Source of the DNA: a virus
Taxonomy: Duplodnaviria > Caudoviricetes
IMG/VR virus record: IMGVR_UViG_3300010005_000035
Span: 1-50,823 of that record
Strand: one strand, 5' to 3'
Length of the DNA: 50,823 nucleotides
Made by a program: the position numbers and the translations under genes. The notes beneath the pieces are model-generated. The model saw nothing but the letters and a program-made list of their open reading frames with translations. It was not told the origin of the DNA and did no database searches. Below are positions 47,510 through 50,823 of the stretch, piece by piece (the stretch's first letter is position 1; each line of letters begins with the position of its first letter).

Positions 47510-47934
47510 TGCGCACCTCCGAAAACCGCCGCCGGCCGATCCCGGACAGCGTCAAGCTGCAGGTCGCGCTTCGCCGCTTCGACCTGACCACCGCTATGGT
47601 CCGCTTCGACCACTCGCCGCCGCTGGCCATGCGCGAGTGGGACGACGTCGCCCGCGACACGATCCCGCCGGCGAACGACCCCGACTTCATTCAGATGCTG
47701 CTCGTCGACGAGGACAGGGTGAAGACCTTCGGCCGCGGAGGCGAGCGCAGGATCAGCACCGCCGACGGCGACATCGGCAAGATCGCGAAGATGCGCCGCA
47801 ACGCCAAGAAGGAAGCGGCGTTCCGGGCCCAGCTACTGGCCAAGGCCACTGGCATCGAGCCGCCGGCGCCGTTCAAGCGCAAGCGCGTCTGGCCGACTCG
47901 TCCCTTCCCCAATCGCAAGAGGAGCAATCCGTGA
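47506..47934 (+). CDS. Degenerate HNH-like protein
   Basis: FDHSPPLAMR...PPANDP...KT...DIGKIAK. Confidence 0.55.
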   Translation: MMRTSENRRRPIPDSVKLQVALRRFDLTTAMVRFDHSPPLAMREWDDVARDTIPPANDPDFIQMLLVDEDRVKTFGRGGERRISTADGDIGKIAKMRRNAKKEAAFRAQLLAKATGIEPPAPFKRKRVWPTRPFPNRKRSNP

Positions 47935-48200
47935 GCGTGCAGATGCCTCGCACCTTCTGGATGGTCTACGGCGCTGGCGAGCGCCCCCCGACAGTCCGCC
48001 ACAAGACACCGGAGAGCGCGCTCGAGGAGGCGTCCCGCCTGGCTCGCGTGGCTCCCGATGTCGAGTTCTTCGTCCTGCAGGCAATCGCTCACGTCGTGAA
48101 GCGCGATGTCGAGATTACGCCGATGGCTGGCGAATCCGATCTCGCGGAGGTTCCGATGGTGCCGCGGCGACATCCCCAAGACGACAATATCCCGTTCTGA
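47931..48200 (+). CDS. Hypothetical phage protein
   Basis: GAGGAG RBS with GTG start; FWMVY...PTVRH...A..EA.RLA...FFVLQ. Confidence 0.7.
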   Translation: MSVQMPRTFWMVYGAGERPPTVRHKTPESALEEASRLARVAPDVEFFVLQAIAHVVKRDVEITPMAGESDLAEVPMVPRRHPQDDNIPF

Positions 48201-48209
48201 GGCCGCGCG

Positions 48210-48410
48210 ATGAGCCGCTTCAAGCCTCGCCCCGCGAATTGGCCCTGGCGCGACTTCGTAACCGCTCGCGAAGCTCAGACGCTCGCTCAGGTCGAAACCG
48301 CCAAGACCGAGTACCGCCGCCTCGTGAAGGAGCGCAGCACCATCATGCACGCGGCTATCGCGCGGGCGAAAGCCGCCGGCGCCAGGAAGGTGGAGCCGAG
48401 CCATGGCTGA
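48210..48410 (+). CDS. Hypothetical protein
   Basis: GAGG RBS; 66 aa. Confidence 0.55.
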   Translation: MSRFKPRPANWPWRDFVTAREAQTLAQVETAKTEYRRLVKERSTIMHAAIARAKAAGARKVEPSHG

Positions 48411-48609
48411 GCGCACGTTCACCGCCCGCGAGAAGCAGAAAGCCGCCGCGCGCGAGGTGTCGCAACGCCAGCGCGTCTACCCTCGCCTGGTCGACGCTGG
48501 CCGGCTCAAGCAAGCCGAGGCCGAGCGCCAGATCGCTGTCATGCAGTCGATCGAGGCTGACTACCGGAAGCTGGCCGAGACGGAAGACGCCGCTGGGAGG
48601 CTGCTGTGA
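48403..48609 (+). CDS. Conserved phage hypothetical protein
   Basis: REVSQRQRVYPRLV...AERQIAVMQSI. Confidence 0.7.
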   Translation: MAERTFTAREKQKAAAREVSQRQRVYPRLVDAGRLKQAEAERQIAVMQSIEADYRKLAETEDAAGRLL

Positions 48610-48614
48610 CTTTT

Positions 48615-49085
48615 TTAGCTCAGGCATTCAGTGATGCGAATGGCGCAGCCGAGCAAGACCTCGGTGGCGTCGTGTGGCTGCCCGGCCGCTCCCTCCCAAT
48701 AAGCTTCCGCGGCTGCGAGAAGCCCAGGCAATGCCACCCCGCTATTTGGTACGGCGCAGTGAGTCAGCGACGCCCGATGCTTAGGCGCGTCGAATTCGCA
48801 TGCCTCGACGCGATAAAGCAGGCTGGCGCCAGCGTGCTTACGGTAATTCTGCGCGTCCTCGATCGTTGGCAGGACGAAACAACTCGAAAGCCGACTGGGC
48901 TTTCCACTAAAGTGCTGCGCGCGGACCATCTCGAAAGCGAGCTCTCGAGCGAGAAGCATGTCGACACCGGCATTGCCAGTTGCAGTCTGCACCACGGGAT
49001 GCACACGGAGCAATCGCCCCCAGTTCCCCGGCTCAATGATGCTCCCTGCGCGCAATCGCAGCGGTGCGAAATGAAAGCCGATCAT
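48615..49085 (-). CDS. DUF2441-like protein (ADP-ribosyltransferase-like fold)
   Basis: GGAGG RBS; FH...GSII.PG, RE..FE.VR..HF..KPSRLSSCF, AEAYWEG, EVL. Confidence 0.65.
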   Translation of the reverse strand: MIGFHFAPLRLRAGSIIEPGNWGRLLRVHPVVQTATGNAGVDMLLARELAFEMVRAQHFSGKPSRLSSCFVLPTIEDAQNYRKHAGASLLYRVEACEFDAPKHRASLTHCAVPNSGVALPGLLAAAEAYWEGAAGQPHDATEVLLGCAIRITECLS

Positions 49086-49268
49086 CTATCCTCCGAAGCG
49101 TTCCCCTTCCTTTACCGCTGGAACCGCTGCGGCCGGAAGGGGCAGCGCTGCCGCGTGTTCGCGCGAAGCCGCCGCTGGCCGAACGGTAAGAGCATGAACT
49201 CCGTCGGCCTCGAGTTCGAAGACGGCTTCACCATGGTCTCCTCCGGCAATGCGCTGAGGAGGGCGTGA
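49071..49268 (+). CDS. Small phage hypothetical protein
   Basis: YRW...RKGQRCRV.AR...MNS..LEFEDG..V.SGNALR. Confidence 0.6.
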   Translation: MKADHLSSEAFPFLYRWNRCGRKGQRCRVFARSRRWPNGKSMNSVGLEFEDGFTMVSSGNALRRA

Positions 49269-49549
49269 CCATGGCGCGCGGTCTCCCGGCTCGCTATCCG
49301 CCGCACGGCGCGTGGCCGGAGATGATGCGCGCCGACATGGCAGCTGCGTTCTTCGACAGGAAGGATACCAAGGATCTCGCGACGGCTGTCGTTCGAGGGG
49401 AGATTCCGCCACCATGCGGGTCAATAGGGTCAGGCAAGGCGAAAGAGCCGGTCTGGACCCGATCCTACTGCCTCGCCTTCATCGGCAGGCGGTACGACGC
49501 GGGCGCCGCTGAGCGGGCCGTGTCCGAAGACCTGGCTGACATGGTGTGA
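49265..49549 (+). CDS. Excisionase-like protein
   Basis: WPEMMRADMAAAF...GEIPPP...W; overlaps the integrase start. Confidence 0.6.
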   Translation: MTMARGLPARYPPHGAWPEMMRADMAAAFFDRKDTKDLATAVVRGEIPPPCGSIGSGKAKEPVWTRSYCLAFIGRRYDAGAAERAVSEDLADMV

Positions 49550-50823
49550 CGATGAAGATCAGGAAGAAGCCGAGATACACGAACCGGAAGTGGCTCAGCG
49601 GCCAACGCCGCTGGGCTTGGTACTTCACCGTGCCGACGTGGGCCCGCGAGCGCGGATGCCCGATGGACGATGCCCCGCTCGGCACGGACCGGGACGCCGC
49701 GTGGGATCATGCAGAGGACGTTCTTCTGCCGCAGCTCGACTCATGGCGCACCGGCGGCATGAGCGACCTGGTAGCGGTGCGCGGCGCCGTTGGCACGTTC
49801 GACTGGCTGATCACGCTCTACAAGAACCATAAGAGCTATAAGGATCTGAGCGACGGCCAGAAACGCAATCACGAGCGCGGCTTCAGCATGGTCGCCGATT
49901 ATGAGCTCACGAAGGGATCGAGAAAAGGATCGCGCATCGGCACGCAGCCGGTCGTGGACATCACAACCAAGCTCGTCGATGCGCTCTACGAAGCTCTGCT
50001 CACCGTCACCGAGGAGGACGAGGACGGAAACGAGGTCAAGCGCGAGCGCAAGACGACGACCAATGCTGCCATGAAGTCATGCCGGCGCGCCTGGAACATC
50101 GCCTACCGTGCCGAGCCGGGCATCGTGCCGAAGGACAACCCCTTCTCGAAGATGGGCCTGGACGAATCGTCGACACCGAACGTCGACGCGACCTTCGAGC
50201 AACTCAAGATTTTCGTCGCCAAAGCCGACGTTGAGAAGCGCTCCTCGCTCGGCACTGCGGCTATGATCACCTGGGAATGGCTGCAGCGCGGAGAACACGT
50301 CTTCGGCGCCTTCGAGGTCGCTCACTATCGGCCGAAGGAGCGTCCCGACGCAGTCCGTATTGTCCACCCGAAGACCGGCAAGGAGGTCTGGTGGCCGCTG
50401 TTCGATCCTGAGCAGGCCGAGCGCGTGCCCCTCTTCCCCGAGCTCATGGCGCGGCTGGACGAGATCAAGCGAAACCGCATCGGCGGACTGATGCTCGTCC
50501 GCGATTGGAAGGACGACAAGGAGGGGCGCCCGCTGCCCTGGCCTACCGGGAAGAGAGGCGATCTGACTTACATGCGGCACGAAGTGAAGCGGATAATCCG
50601 CGCCGCTGGTCTTCCCGAAGAGTTGTCATTCACGTCGTTCCGCCACGGCGGCCTGACGGAGACCGGCGACGCTGACATGACGGATCGTGAGATCCTCGCA
50701 CAGTCGGCGCAGAGCTCGCCGAAGGTGCTGCCGCGCTATGTCAAAAAGACCATGCGACAGGTTGCTAATGGGGCTAGGAAACGCCGCGCCGTGCGAACGG
50801 ATGCTGGCCAAAAGTCAGAATGA
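49546..50823 (+). CDS. int: Tyrosine integrase
   Basis: WLQR, KTG, FTSFRHGG, PRY catalytic layout; terminal position. Confidence 0.88.
   Translation: MTMKIRKKPRYTNRKWLSGQRRWAWYFTVPTWARERGCPMDDAPLGTDRDAAWDHAEDVLLPQLDSWRTGGMSDLVAVRGAVGTFDWLITLYKNHKSYKDLSDGQKRNHERGFSMVADYELTKGSRKGSRIGTQPVVDITTKLVDALYEALLTVTEEDEDGNEVKRERKTTTNAAMKSCRRAWNIAYRAEPGIVPKDNPFSKMGLDESSTPNVDATFEQLKIFVAKADVEKRSSLGTAAMITWEWLQRGEHVFGAFEVAHYRPKERPDAVRIVHPKTGKEVWWPLFDPEQAERVPLFPELMARLDEIKRNRIGGLMLVRDWKDDKEGRPLPWPTGKRGDLTYMRHEVKRIIRAAGLPEELSFTSFRHGGLTETGDADMTDREILAQSAQSSPKVLPRYVKKTMRQVANGARKRRAVRTDAGQKSE

Larger units (their letters stand above)
1053..50823. mobile_element. Lambdoid/HK97-like siphovirus prophage (left boundary uncertain)
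   Basis: Complete ordered set of lysis, tail, head, packaging, replication, immunity, recombination and integrase modules. Confidence 0.95.

Noticed and set aside
48606-49070. N-terminal 155 aa of the + strand ORF 48606-49268
   Set aside because: Shadow of the DUF2441-like gene; only the part from ATG 49071 looks like a real protein
1-50823. CRISPR array, tRNA/rRNA genes, IS elements, or gene transfer agent identity
   Set aside because: No repeat-spacer array, cloverleaf or transposase seen; integrase, immunity and replication modules indicate a true temperate phage

Overview
Almost the whole window (about 1050-50823) is one lambdoid/HK97-like siphovirus prophage from a high-GC alphaproteobacterium; Rhizobiales is an inference from a GTTC-N7-GTTC LexA box, an HWE kinase and gene content. 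From right to left it contains: integrase and excisionase-like gene; an early operon (+) with a RecT-like annealase; the immunity region (cI, cro, six matching operators); a replication/middle operon (-) with RuvC-like resolvase, MTase, DnaB, DUF1376 initiator, HU and a putative late regulator; an inverted ~5 kb accessory island; and the late operon (-) with HNH, terminases, portal, S49 protease, capsid, neck, tail, two tail fibres, GH19 endolysin and holin. A PAS-HWE kinase lies at the left edge. The most unusual observations are: (1) both tail-fibre proteins start with Sec-type signal peptides and have four Cys each in the mature region; (2) a ~365-nt highly structured minus-strand ncRNA candidate next to the pL operators; (3) a LexA-boxed operon encoding an HTH-less, apparently catalytically dead CI-type S24 domain (candidate antirepressor); (4) a kissing-loop RNA ahead of the frameshifting tail chaperone; (5) accessory genes for Schlafen/AlbA_2, Sm/Hfq-like, SieB-like and DUF2441-like proteins. 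All calls come from motif recognition by eye; no searches were run and the att sites could not be located.
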